This document shows, one piece after another, positions 9,831 to 20,353 of a stretch of 64,000 nucleotides of DNA. Location of the stretch: the NCBI GenBank assembly GCA_963782915.1, contig CAWALK010000025.1, positions 75,704-139,703 of the forward strand, given 5' to 3'. A program made the translations under genes and the position numbers. The notes beneath the pieces are model-generated. The model saw nothing but the letters and a program-made list of their open reading frames with translations, ran no database searches and was not told the origin of the DNA. Within the stretch, counting starts at the first letter, position 1; each line of letters opens with the position of its first letter. The DNA comes from an uncultured archaeon (GTDB lineage Archaea; Thermoproteota; Bathyarchaeia; Bathyarchaeales; Bathycorpusculaceae).

Positions 9831-10208
9831 TTAGTAACTTTTCTCCACAGATAGGGCATGTTTGCTTAGGAGAATACGAAGCCAATGACAAAACCCACGA
9901 CTAGTCCTAAACCAAGTGGCAGAATGCCCATGAGAAGTACCCCATATTGAACTACAATAGGGACCATAAGTGTCTGCAATGCTTTGCAAGGCACCAAGAC
10001 TTAAGCCGAAAAACCCAAAATAGGCGACCACGACCAATATAATGGCAGCTATAATCGCAATTTTTAGTACCTTGTGGAATAGGTAGCCGACGATAAGGCC
10101 AATGACAAATGGAATAATCATCAAAACTAATGGTGGAATACCCCCTATGCTTCCAGAAGTGATAAAATTAATGACTTGGTCTATGGCACTCAAAATAAGC
10201 GACTCCAA
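9831..10208 (-). CDS. Small membrane protein (FUN14-like), 3' end probably frameshifted
   Basis: PFVIGLIVGYLFHKVLKIAIIAAIIL hydrophobic pattern. Confidence 0.55.
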   Translation of the reverse strand: MESLILSAIDQVINFITSGSIGGIPPLVLMIIPFVIGLIVGYLFHKVLKIAIIAAIILVVVAYFGFFGLSLGALQSIADTYGPYCSSIWGTSHGHSATWFRTSRGFCHWLRILLSKHALSVEKSY

Positions 10209-10427
10209 ACAAGTAAGGGGGTGATTACAGAGGCTATTAAACGCACGTTGTTGCAGTCACGCAGTCACAAGGTTTGGATATCCCTAAAGGGCATTCTCCC
10301 AGCAAGCAATGGCTCTGTCTTGCAACAATAATCCGATAATCTGAAATTCATTAAAAAATGTAAAGAGCGCATAGTAAAAGTCCTTATTCTGGCAAAACAG
10401 AGAATAAACCAATCTTAGGTGTTTTGA

Positions 10428-10658
10428 ATGAGCGAAAAACAACAAGGCAAACTTTTTGACAAAATGTGGGAACTACTTGGCTCTAAAATGATTGATTCAG
10501 GAAAACAAAACGTAGCAGAAGTGGAGAAACTTTTCAAAACGGTACTATACGAGGCAAAAACAGATTTCCCCAGAATAACCGAATACGGTAGCTTCTTTTA
10601 CGCTGACGGCGAGAAAGAAGCCATCATATGGTATAAAAAATGGTTTGGCGCTCCCTAA
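10428..10658 (+). CDS. Hypothetical protein
   Basis: ATG with AGGTG SD; protein-like composition. Confidence 0.6.
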   Translation: MSEKQQGKLFDKMWELLGSKMIDSGKQNVAEVEKLFKTVLYEAKTDFPRITEYGSFFYADGEKEAIIWYKKWFGAP

Positions 10659-10914
10659 CACCGAGTTAGCCGTCAATACATCTTCTGTCAATTTCAGAAA
10701 ATGGGGTCGTTCCCCACTCTCAATTGTAAGAACCCCTCCGCTTTGCTGTGCTACCGGTACAACAACACATCTTTTTTAAAGAATTACATCTTCCCTCTTA
10801 GCGGATGTCACATTTTGAATAAGGCAGAAGCCACAAATCTGCTCAGACAAATAATTTCATTTTGAAGGATTAAGCGCAGAAACAGAAATTTTTTTTCTTT
10901 GAGCACCAAATAAG

Positions 10915-11295
10915 TTGAAGCTTCTAGGTGATTTTTTGGATAAAAATCAAGCACTTAAATTGTTAGAGGAGATAAAACTGAACTGTCCACGGATTGACGA
11001 AAAAACGGTGTCTTTGAATGAATCAAATGCTTTGGATGTAGCTTCAAGAGGTTTTCAGATATTTGTCGGTGGAATAGACAAAGATGATCGTACATGTATC
11101 AGAAAAGCAATAGGCCAATACGATTATCTCATCAAGGAAGGTCCCGACCGTATGATCATCTATGACCCTGCAGAGTTGAAGTGTCCCGAATGCGGCAAAA
11201 TATTTGAAACAACAAGGGAACTAAAGACACACATAACAGGGGTACATTATAGCAAGGAATTTGAACAAACCGAGATGCCAACCGGCGAAATGTAA
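10915..11295 (+). CDS. Hypothetical protein with C2H2-type zinc finger
   Basis: CPECGKIFETTRELKTHITGVH. Confidence 0.7.
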   Translation: MKLLGDFLDKNQALKLLEEIKLNCPRIDEKTVSLNESNALDVASRGFQIFVGGIDKDDRTCIRKAIGQYDYLIKEGPDRMIIYDPAELKCPECGKIFETTRELKTHITGVHYSKEFEQTEMPTGEM

Positions 11296-11789
11296 CTCTC
11301 GGATTCCTTACTGCCGGTGATTACCCAGTAATGCAATCTTGCCTTTGAGCAACCATAGGCAACAAGCGTATGAAAAACAATCTCGACTAAACACATGGAT
11401 ATTGAGGAGCCCTTATGCTTAAGGGGCAAACTATTATGGCATCCATAACATTGTTATTGCTTAACAATGGGTGGATGGCAAAGACTTGTGTACTTTTGCC
11501 CAATCGTGCACACTTCCCCTCCCTTCCACCCATTGCGGTTTACCCCTAAAGCAGCAAAGCTCTGCTCCGAAACCGTTCGAGGGGCCTGCAAAAAGAGCCG
11601 TTTTTTGGTATTTTGGGCAGCCGTAGAGGGAAATGCAAAATGTATCCTGAAGTATGAATTGAAGTTACAAATTGTATTCTCACTCTGTTGCTAACGGATG
11701 TTAAATACTACTTGCACTCACAGGCAAATTAAGCGAACACACGAAAGCTAGTGTTTTCGCTAAAAAATTATTTAGAGGAAAAACAGCGA

Positions 11790-14470
11790 ATGAAAATACA
11801 AAATAAAAGAATAACAACAATGTTTTCATTGATATTGATACTTTCAATCGCAGCCTCAATGGCACTATCACCAACAATAAAGGGACAAGTCTATCCCCCC
11901 TCAGGCACACACATACCAACTTATTCTTTCATCAACGTCTACCCTAACCCCGCAGGAATCGGCCAAACAGTCACGGTGAACTTCTTCCTTTCCACGCCTC
12001 CAGAAAACGGAGCCCAAGGCGGAGTACCCACAAACATGTCGGTGCTCGTCACCTATCCGGACGGCTCAGTTAAATCTCTGGGAAACGGCAACTTTACAGG
12101 AGACCAAACAGGCGGAACATTCACAACCTTCACCCCAACCGCAACCGGCAACTATTCATTCAAATTCGTTTACGGCGGCCAAACACTCGGCGGCGTACGC
12201 TCAGCAACCAACTATGCAAACCTAATCCTTGACCCAAGCGAAAGCAAACCCGTCATACTCAGTGTACAAGAAGAACCCGTCATGGAAACCTCTTGGCCAG
12301 TAACACCGCTTCCAACAGAATATTGGCAAACACCGGTATCCGCACAGAACGTCCAAGAATGGTACAAAATCATGGGACCCTGGCTTGGACTGGGCGCAAA
12401 CACATTTGCACAAACAGGCGCTTACAACTCCACAAGCTACACTAACCCCTACACTACATCAGTAAACAGCGGCCACGTAATGTGGACCAAAGTTTGGGCA
12501 GCAGGCGGTATAGCAGGCGGAGACTTAGGCGGAAACGAAATCGACAGCAGCTACTGGGCAACCAGACAATACCAACCACAATATGCACCGGTCGTCATCA
12601 ACGGCATCATGTACTCAACACAGTTCCCCGATGACATGGGCACAAACATGGCATACGGCCTCCTCGCAACTGATTTGTACACTGGAAAAACGATGTGGAC
12701 ACTCAACACAACCAACCCACTACGGTGCGGTATGGTCATGAGTTATAAACACATTAACCAGTACGGCGCTATCGGACCATTCCTATGGACCACAGGCACC
12801 CTACCGGCATCTGACACAGGCGGCAGCTTAATCCCAAACAGCGGCACCCAATGGAACATGTACGACGCCTTAACAGGCATGTACGTCTTAAGCATAACCA
12901 ACGGCACAACCATGACACTGCGCACCGACGAAAGCGGCGGCCTAATCGGCTACTACGTCAACAACACAGTCGGAGCATGGAGCGAAATGACACATCCAAC
13001 ACCTGGCCAAAACGTAATAGCAAACGGCACAGGCCCACACTTAACATGCGTAAACATGACTATGGCTATTGGACAAACAGGCGGCTCATGGCAAGTAGGT
13101 AAAAACACAGTACGTGCAATGAACACCGGCGAAATGTGGTCAGTACAATTACCGTCAAACATTTCAGGTGCTCAAATCAGCCCCGCCCTATCACTCAGCG
13201 GCATAACCGGCGACGCAGTCGTCTTGAACTCAGGATGGGTTCACGGCGCAGGAACCGGCGGCGAAATGGCAGGCTGGTTAGTCATGGTAAGCATAGACCA
13301 AAACGACGGACACCTACTCTACTCAGCAAACTTAACCTACGCCCAAGGATACAAAACCCTACTCCCATACACTAGAACCAACAGTGCATTCGGCGACGGC
13401 AAACTCTTCATAGAAAACGAAGCAAGCTACGGAGTCGAAGCCATCGACGTACGCACAGGCGCACTAGTCTGGTCTAAAACATTCACAGGCGACAACGGCG
13501 CAGCACCAAACATTTACGACAACTTCGGCTTAAAACACTACATCTCAAACGGCAAACTCATCACCGAAGGCTTAGGAGGCGACGTATGGTGCCAAAGCAC
13601 AGCCACAGGCGAATTCCTATGGTACACCAACACAACCAAACTCATTGGTTCACCGGGAATCGAAACACCCTATGGCATCTGGCCACTCTGGGTCTTCAAC
13701 TGTGCAGCATTCACAAACGACGTAGCATACCTCCCAGTCGGACACGAATATAACCCACCACTATTCCACGGCGCACAAATGATCGCAGTCAACCTAACCG
13801 ACGGCAGCTTAGTCTGGAGCGAACTCGGCATGTACATCCGATCCACAGAAGTCAGCTACGGCATCATGCTATCACTAAACGCATACGACAACCAAATCTA
13901 CGCATACGGTAAAGGACCAACCCAAACAACCATCGCAGCCCCAAACATGGGAGTAACCACTGCAACCCCAATCACCATCACAGGCTCAGTAACCGACATC
14001 TCAGCAGGCACACAACAAAACGAAATCGCCCTAAGATTCCCCAACGGAGTACCAGCAGTCTCTGATGCAAGCCAAAGCAGATACATGGAATACATCTACC
14101 AGAAACAAGCCGCACCCAGCGACGTACAAGGCGTACCAGTCACATTAAACGTAGTTGATGCAAACGGCAACACAAGAACCATCGGCATGACCACAACAAA
14201 CTCTATGGGCACATTCGGCTTCAACTGGACCCCCGACATTGCAGGCGCATACACCATAACAGCAAGCTTCGGCGGCTCCGAATCATACTATAAATCACAA
14301 GCCTCAACAGTGCTCTATGCAGCTGAATCAGCAACCACAGCACCAACCACCACAACACAAACAGGTTAGCAACAACAGCTGATTTAATGCTCTACATGGC
14401 AGTCGGCGTAGTTGCAATCATCATTGCAATTGCAATCCTTGGTCTGCTCATCCTAAGAAAACACGCATAA
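11790..14470 (+). CDS. Large secreted PQQ-like beta-propeller surface protein with C-terminal TM anchor (frameshift near 14365)
   Basis: Signal peptide, repeated D..TG..W propeller motifs, GHEYNPPLFHG, LNAYDNQIYAYGKGP; TM tail LMLYMAVGVVAIIIAIAILGLLILRKHA in an alternate frame. Confidence 0.85.
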
Positions 14471-14527
14471 ACAACCAATCAAACTCTTTCCCTTTTCCTT
14501 TTTTTGAAGCTTAGTTTTTAGTTAGTA

Positions 14528-14566
14528 GTTGTTGCCAAAAACCCCCTATACACAACCACAACCAAT
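14528..14566 (+). repeat. Dispersed repeat module GTTGTTGCCAAAAACCCCCTATACACAAC
   Basis: Matches 61656-61694 and the reverse complement of 48381-48420. Confidence 0.7.
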
Positions 14567-14652
14567 AGCATCTGAGAACGTTTTTGTGAGTTGCGTTTGA
14601 TTAAAAAGTTTAAAGGCTGTTCTGTTCTTAGTTTTATTTGGCGATTGTTCCA

Positions 14653-17029
14653 GTGAAACTTGTTTTTTGGCTGCTTGACATTAACCCAAAAGTGGACGGT
14701 GACAAAGTGGAGTTGTGGCTCTGGGGCATCGACCAAACGGGCAACCGAGTGCTTTTTGTTGAGCGCAACTTTACCGCCTACTTCTATGCGGTGCTGCATG
14801 GGGGCGCTGACGGAGCGGCAGTATCAGAAACAATCCTGCTCAATTGCGCTTCCACCGTAGCCAAAGCCGAAGTTGTTCCCCGACGCTTCTTCGGCAAACC
14901 CGTAACCGCCATCAAAGTCAGCCTTAAAGATGCCACCCAAACCAGCAAAGTAGCCCGCCAAATACGCAAAATCGACGGAGTCTCCGACTGCTACGAAGAC
15001 GACATACGCGCCGCCATGCGCTACCTAATAGACAACGGCGTCGTGCCCTGTAGTTGGCATGAAGTAGACGCTATCAGAAACAGAAAACACACAAGCGGTG
15101 AGGGCAGCTAAGGTTTACTTGATTACTTCCCCGCCTAAACCCCTCGAGACCACTCTGGTAGCGCCGCCTTTGCGGCTTCTTGCTTTTTCGATGATATGCT
15201 ACAGCCGCGAAGGCTCCCCTAAACCCGACAGAAACCCCATCATCCTACTCTCAACAGTAGCAAGCAATGGCGAAGAAAAACAGTTCACCGCCGGTGAGGA
15301 TAAAGATGACAAACCAATCATCAAAGCCTTCATGGAATACATCCGCAGCTTCGACCCCGACGTCATCGTAAGCTACGGCGCAAACACAACCGACTGGAAT
15401 TATCTACTGCAAAGAAGCCACCAATACGGTTTACTTCTGGATTTTGATAGAGCCGCCTTTGAACCTCATACCAGCGTGTATGGGCATGTTTCAGCCACCG
15501 GCATCGTCAACGTCGATTTAGCAGATTTCACCAGTATGTTTCCAGAAGTTAAGGTAAAGACGCTCTCCAACTTTGCTGACCATTTAGGTTTAGCTGGCGA
15601 AGCTGGGGCTGTGGTTGAGGCTGTGCTGTTTGCCCAGTACTGGGATAATCCAGAAAAACGCGGCGAATTGCAAAAGTTTGCCTTAGATAGTGCCCATAGA
15701 GTGCTGGGGGTGGCGGGTTTGCTACTGGATTTTGCCATTCAACTCTCAAGCTTAACCAGCCTGCCACTGGACCACGTTATGGCGGCTGCAACTGGTTTCC
15801 GTGTAGAGTGGTACCTGATTAAGCAGGCGCAGAGAATCGGTGAAATCGTTCCCCGACGAGTCGAGCAACCCTACATACCCTACACAGGCGGCTTGGTGCT
15901 GTCTCCGCAGCCCGGTTTGCACGAAAACATCGCCGTTTTAGACTTCAAATCCATGTACCCCAACATCATGATAACCTACAACCTCTCCCCCGACACCTAC
16001 ATACAAACAGGCGACCCTGAACCATCCGAAGGCGTTTACATAGCGCCGGAGGTTAAGCATCGTTTCCGTAAGCAGCCGCCGGGATTCTACAAAGAAGCCC
16101 TCACATACCTAATTGAAGTAAGGGCTACAGTTCGCAAACAAATGAAGCTGCTGAAGCCTAAAACGGTTGAGTACCAAGTTTTGGATGCCCGTCAGAAAGC
16201 CGTAAAAATCCTCACCAACGCCGCTTATGGCTACGCAGGCTGGGTAGGCGCAAGATGGTACATTAAACCCGTCGCCGAAGCCGCCTCCGCATGGGGACGA
16301 CACATCATTTTGACTGCTTCACAGATGGCACAAAAAGCTGGCATCGAAGTAATTTATGGGGACACAGACAGCCTATTCATCAAATACGACGCAGCCAAAG
16401 CAGAGCAGCTACAGCAAGACATCCAAGCGGAATTCAAGTTAGACGTGGAAATCGGCGAAGTCTATGTGCGCATCTTTTTTACTGAAGCCAAAAAACGCTA
16501 TGCAGGCTTACGCAAAGACGGCAGCTTGGATATTGTGGGCTTAGAAGTTATTCGCGGCGACTGGGCAGAAGTAGCTAAAAAAGTGCAGGAGCATGTCCTC
16601 GAAATTATCCTCAAGGAACAGTCACCCAAAAAAGCCGTCGAATACGTGCGCTCAACGGTTTCTGATTTGCGCCATAAACGGTTGCCCTTGACTGATTTGA
16701 TTATTTGGAAGACACTCACTAAGCCGCCGGAGCAGTATGCAATTAGGGCTCCCCATGTGGAAGCAGCAAAAATGCTCCTTGCGAGGGGTTGGCGTTTAAG
16801 TGGCGGCGACAAAGTTGGCTATGTTGTTTTAGCTGGCAAGGGCGCTCTGTATTTGCGTGTGATGCCCTATGTCTTCGCTAAAACTGAAGATGTGGACGTT
16901 GATTATTATGTTACAAATCAAGTGTTGCCAGCGGCAGCGCGTATACTGAGCTTTTTTAATGTAACACAAAAAGAGCTTGAATTAATTACAAAAGAAGAAA
17001 AAACTAAGAGCCTAACTGATTATTTTTAG
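14653..17029 (+). CDS. polB: Family B DNA polymerase (PolB3-type), frameshift near 15090; exonuclease motifs degenerate
   Basis: DFKSMYP, KILTNAAYGY, YGDTDS, KKRYAG and C-terminal PIP-like KSLTDYF; N-terminal FWLLD...YFY domain in the upstream frame. Confidence 0.92.
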
Positions 17030-18240
17030 GCTTGGTCTTTGGGGATGACGGTTTGGAACGTCATCAATTCAACGTTGAGTGCTGGCTTCACTGCTTCAGA
17101 TACGCGTGAGGCAACGATGCGTTTGATGCTTTTGGTTGCTGCGATGTCAACGATGCGTTGTGTAATGATGCCGTCAAAGACTACTGTGTCGACGTCTGCC
17201 ATTTGTGAAAGCTTCTCTGCGAGTTGGCTGACTGGTAGGCGTTCGATTAATTCGAGTTTGTCGTTTAATAGGACTGCTTCGAGTGTGCCGATGAGTGCTT
17301 TTGCTGCTTGAACGATTGTCTCTGGAACTTCGACTTTAACGCGTTCAGGAATCACTAGTGCGGGTGCTGCTGGTGCTTGGGGCATTGGCTTCTTTATTGG
17401 TGGTGTTGGTTTGCCCATGAGTTCGCTGACTGGTATACGGCCTTCGATGGCTTCTGCGATTTCTTTGCAGTTGCATTCCTCGATTTCTTTGCCTCTTGGT
17501 GCGCGGCCGACGTATTTGACGTTGGTTACTTGGAGGAGTTCTTTTTGGATTAAGTCTCCGCCTCTGTCGCCGTCGAGTAGTGCTGTTGCGTTGCGTTCTT
17601 TGGTGATTTTCTTGATTGAATCGGGAACTTTTGCGCCTTCGAGTGCAACGGTGTTAAAGATTCCGCATCGCATCAAATTGATTACGTCTGCTCTGCCTTC
17701 GACTACATAGATGTCTTTGCTGCCTTCTAAGCCGGGGCCTGCTGGTAGGTCTTCGGGACCGTACTTTTCGACTTTGCCGACTTTCATGGTGTCGCTGATT
17801 TCTTTGTATACTTCGTCTACGCTTGGCATTGATTCGATGTTCCATTTGTGCAGGATTTCTTTGGCGCGGTCGATGATGATCTTTCGGCGTGCTTCACGGA
17901 TGTCTTCTATGCGTTCAAGGAAAACTTTTGCGCTGCATGGTCCGACGCGGTTTATGCTCTCAACGCTTGCTGCGATGAGTGCAGTGGAAACGCGGTCGAG
18001 GCTGGTAGGTATGGTTATTGAGCCTGTTGTGCGGTCGTTTTTAGAATGTAAGTCGATTTCTATTCTGCCGATGCGCCCGGTTTTTTGCAGTTCTCTTAAA
18101 TCGAGTTCGGGACCGAAAAGTCCTTCTGTTTGCCCGAAAACTGCGCCGATGACATCGGGTTTTTCAACGACTCCTTCAATTTCAAATCTAGCGTGTACAA
18201 CGTACTTTATCGTAAAGGTTTGGGATGTTCCCGTAAATAT
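17026..18240 (-). CDS. dnaG: Archaeal DnaG-type primase / exosome-associated protein
   Basis: Frame stays open upstream of the track start: KYVVHARFEIEGVVEKPDVIGAVFGQTEGLFG...LRELQKTGRIGRI; TOPRIM VVEGRADV and DGDRGG. Confidence 0.92.
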   Translation of the reverse strand: MFTGTSQTFTIKYVVHARFEIEGVVEKPDVIGAVFGQTEGLFGPELDLRELQKTGRIGRIEIDLHSKNDRTTGSITIPTSLDRVSTALIAASVESINRVGPCSAKVFLERIEDIREARRKIIIDRAKEILHKWNIESMPSVDEVYKEISDTMKVGKVEKYGPEDLPAGPGLEGSKDIYVVEGRADVINLMRCGIFNTVALEGAKVPDSIKKITKERNATALLDGDRGGDLIQKELLQVTNVKYVGRAPRGKEIEECNCKEIAEAIEGRIPVSELMGKPTPPIKKPMPQAPAAPALVIPERVKVEVPETIVQAAKALIGTLEAVLLNDKLELIERLPVSQLAEKLSQMADVDTVVFDGIITQRIVDIAATKSIKRIVASRVSEAVKPALNVELMTFQTVIPKDQA

Positions 18241-18486
18241 GCAACTCCTGTAAAGATTTTATTATATTATGTGTTAATCGCACTATGCAAGTTATTCTCG
18301 CATTGATGAGATTTTGATCTACTGATTAAGAATTTAGGTGCAAGCCGTCTAATAATACTTGTGGTGTCATGATTCAGTCGTCTAATTAGCTAAAAAGCCC
18401 AAGTCTGGGGCTAATCCACACCAAAACAGCGACCTTTACCCTTCAACTTAAATAATCATAACTACAAAAGAGAATACGATACCCAA

Positions 18487-19282
18487 ATGAGCCTGCACCT
18501 TAACCCAGAATACGACAGCCTCCTGCCCCGAATGTCAGAGGAAGAATTCGCTGAACTAAAAAAATCCATACAAAGCGAAGGCCAACACTACCCCATTATA
18601 GTTAACGAAAACCTCGAAGTCCTCGACGGACACCACCGCTTCCGCGCCTGCACTAGAACTCGGCTTAGACCCAGACTTCGAAGTCAAACAATTCGACGAC
18701 AAACTGCTTGAAAAAAAATTCGTCATAGAAGCTAACCTACGGCGACGGCACCTAAACAACTTCCAACTCGTCGAATTGGCCGTGCCACTGCTCGAAATCG
18801 AAAGGGCTCTGGCTAAGCAGAGGCAATCTAAGGGCGGAAAAAACGGTCGCGACTTCCAATTAGGCTTAAACACAGATGGGTTAGCGCCTGAAGACGCAGA
18901 GCCTACTCCGGAGGCTGCGGGAAAAGCCACGGAAGTAGTTGCTAAAAGAGCAGGCGTTTCAACCCGAACCCTTGAGCGGGGCAAAAGAATCCTCGAAGAA
19001 GCCAGCGAAGACGATAAGCAGAAACTTAGGGAAGGCAAAACAAGCATCTCTAAGGTTTATCAGGAAATAGTCGGCGAAAGCAAACCTCAGCCTGCGCCAG
19101 AGCCAGTGAAAATGGATTCCGAACGTGACTTACACAACAAAGAGGAGCTCTTAGCCATTTTGGAGCGGTTCATAGATGAGGAACTGTATTGTCCTTCCTG
19201 CGGAAACACTATGTTTGAATGCAGCAAATGCCACCGAACACTCAGAGAGTTACTCGCCAAGTACAAAGCAGACAAACTCTAA
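18487..19282 (+). CDS. ParB/Srx N-terminal domain protein with HTH and C-terminal Zn ribbon (frameshift near 18650)
   Basis: LKKSIQSEGQHYPIIV...LDGHHRFRAC, NLRRRHLN, VAKRAGVSTRTLER, CPSC..CSKC. Confidence 0.8.
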
Positions 19283-19356
19283 TCTCACTTTATTTAGGGT
19301 TTTTTGTAGTCAACCGCCGGAAAACTTGAATAGAACCTCCCTACCTTGAGCACTCA

Positions 19357-19548
19357 ATGAAAGCTCTCATAGACCCAAACAAGTGCAGCCACTGCGAAAA
19401 ATGCGCTGTCGCCAAAGAATGTCCCATTAAAGCTGTTTTTCGCATAAGCGATGACGAATCAGCAGTGGTAGACATGGGTATTTGTCATGGTTGCGGGTTG
19501 TGTGTGGCTAAGTGCCCTGCACATGCCGTCCTTATGCGAGAAGGCTAA
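19357..19548 (+). CDS. 4Fe-4S ferredoxin
   Basis: CSHCEKC...CP and CHGCGLCVAKCP. Confidence 0.9.
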   Translation: MKALIDPNKCSHCEKCAVAKECPIKAVFRISDDESAVVDMGICHGCGLCVAKCPAHAVLMREG

Positions 19549-19550
19549 GT

Positions 19551-20213
19551 TTACTGGACTCTGTTTTCGATTATTTGCTTAATCAGCCGCTGCTCCGCTT
19601 TACGCAGGTGCTCCACAACAGTAGAATCCACAAGCTTGAGTTTCTTACCCAACTCTTCGGAAGTGATTTTTCTCGGAATATCATAATAGCCCAGCTTGTA
19701 TGCCATGAGCAAAACTTCCTGTTGCTTCTCCGTCAATTGGCTAAGGGGCGAAATGGGCGAAAAGTTTGCATCCGCCAACAGCACCACTCGATAGTGGATT
19801 GCTATTGCGTCCAATTTTTCCATGAAATCCTTGATTTGTGATTCGCTGCCCAAAAAAGAAAACTTTACTTTACCATCCGCAATGCCTAAGGGCGGAAACA
19901 AGTAGCCGGCGTCAATGCCGATATAGTTTAAAACGGATGATAAGCCGGGTGCTCCGCTGCGAGTGAAAAGGATGTAGGCGCCGTTTTTTTCTTTCTCTAT
20001 GATTTGGGCGTCGAAGAGTAAGGTGTTTTTTATTAGGTCTTCGACTTTTGAGGTTGGGTCTTTGAATTCTACGCGGGATATTGCTGCGAATTCTGTGTCG
20101 TCTTGTCGTAGGAAGTATAGGAGTTCGAGTGATTTGATTTTTTTAAGTGGCGGTAGTTCGATGCCTGCTTTGCCTAATTCTTTTTCGTGGACTTCAAGGA
20201 TTAGTCGACGCAT
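19551..20213 (-). CDS. Bat/HTH_10 family transcriptional regulator
   Basis: LTEKQQEVLLMAYKLGYYDIPRKIT...EHLRKAE. Confidence 0.9.
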   Translation of the reverse strand: MRRLILEVHEKELGKAGIELPPLKKIKSLELLYFLRQDDTEFAAISRVEFKDPTSKVEDLIKNTLLFDAQIIEKEKNGAYILFTRSGAPGLSSVLNYIGIDAGYLFPPLGIADGKVKFSFLGSESQIKDFMEKLDAIAIHYRVVLLADANFSPISPLSQLTEKQQEVLLMAYKLGYYDIPRKITSEELGKKLKLVDSTVVEHLRKAEQRLIKQIIENRVQ

Positions 20214-20353
20214 ACCTAAACGTGGGTTATTTACCCTATATGTCTTTTGAAGACCCGAGCCCACTCGGTACAATCTATAAGAGCAGCCGAGCTGTCCATA
20301 AAGAAGTCAAAATTTACATTAAACTGATCAAATTACAGGAAGTAAACTAAGAA

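Noticed and set aside
17039-18253. Long plus-strand ORFs antisense to dnaG (and similar antisense ORFs elsewhere)
   Set aside because: Shadow frames of real genes with no recognisable motifs.
18255-18486. Replication origin between dnaG and the parB-like gene
   Set aside because: AT-rich, but no ORB consensus or cdc6/orc1 gene is visible.
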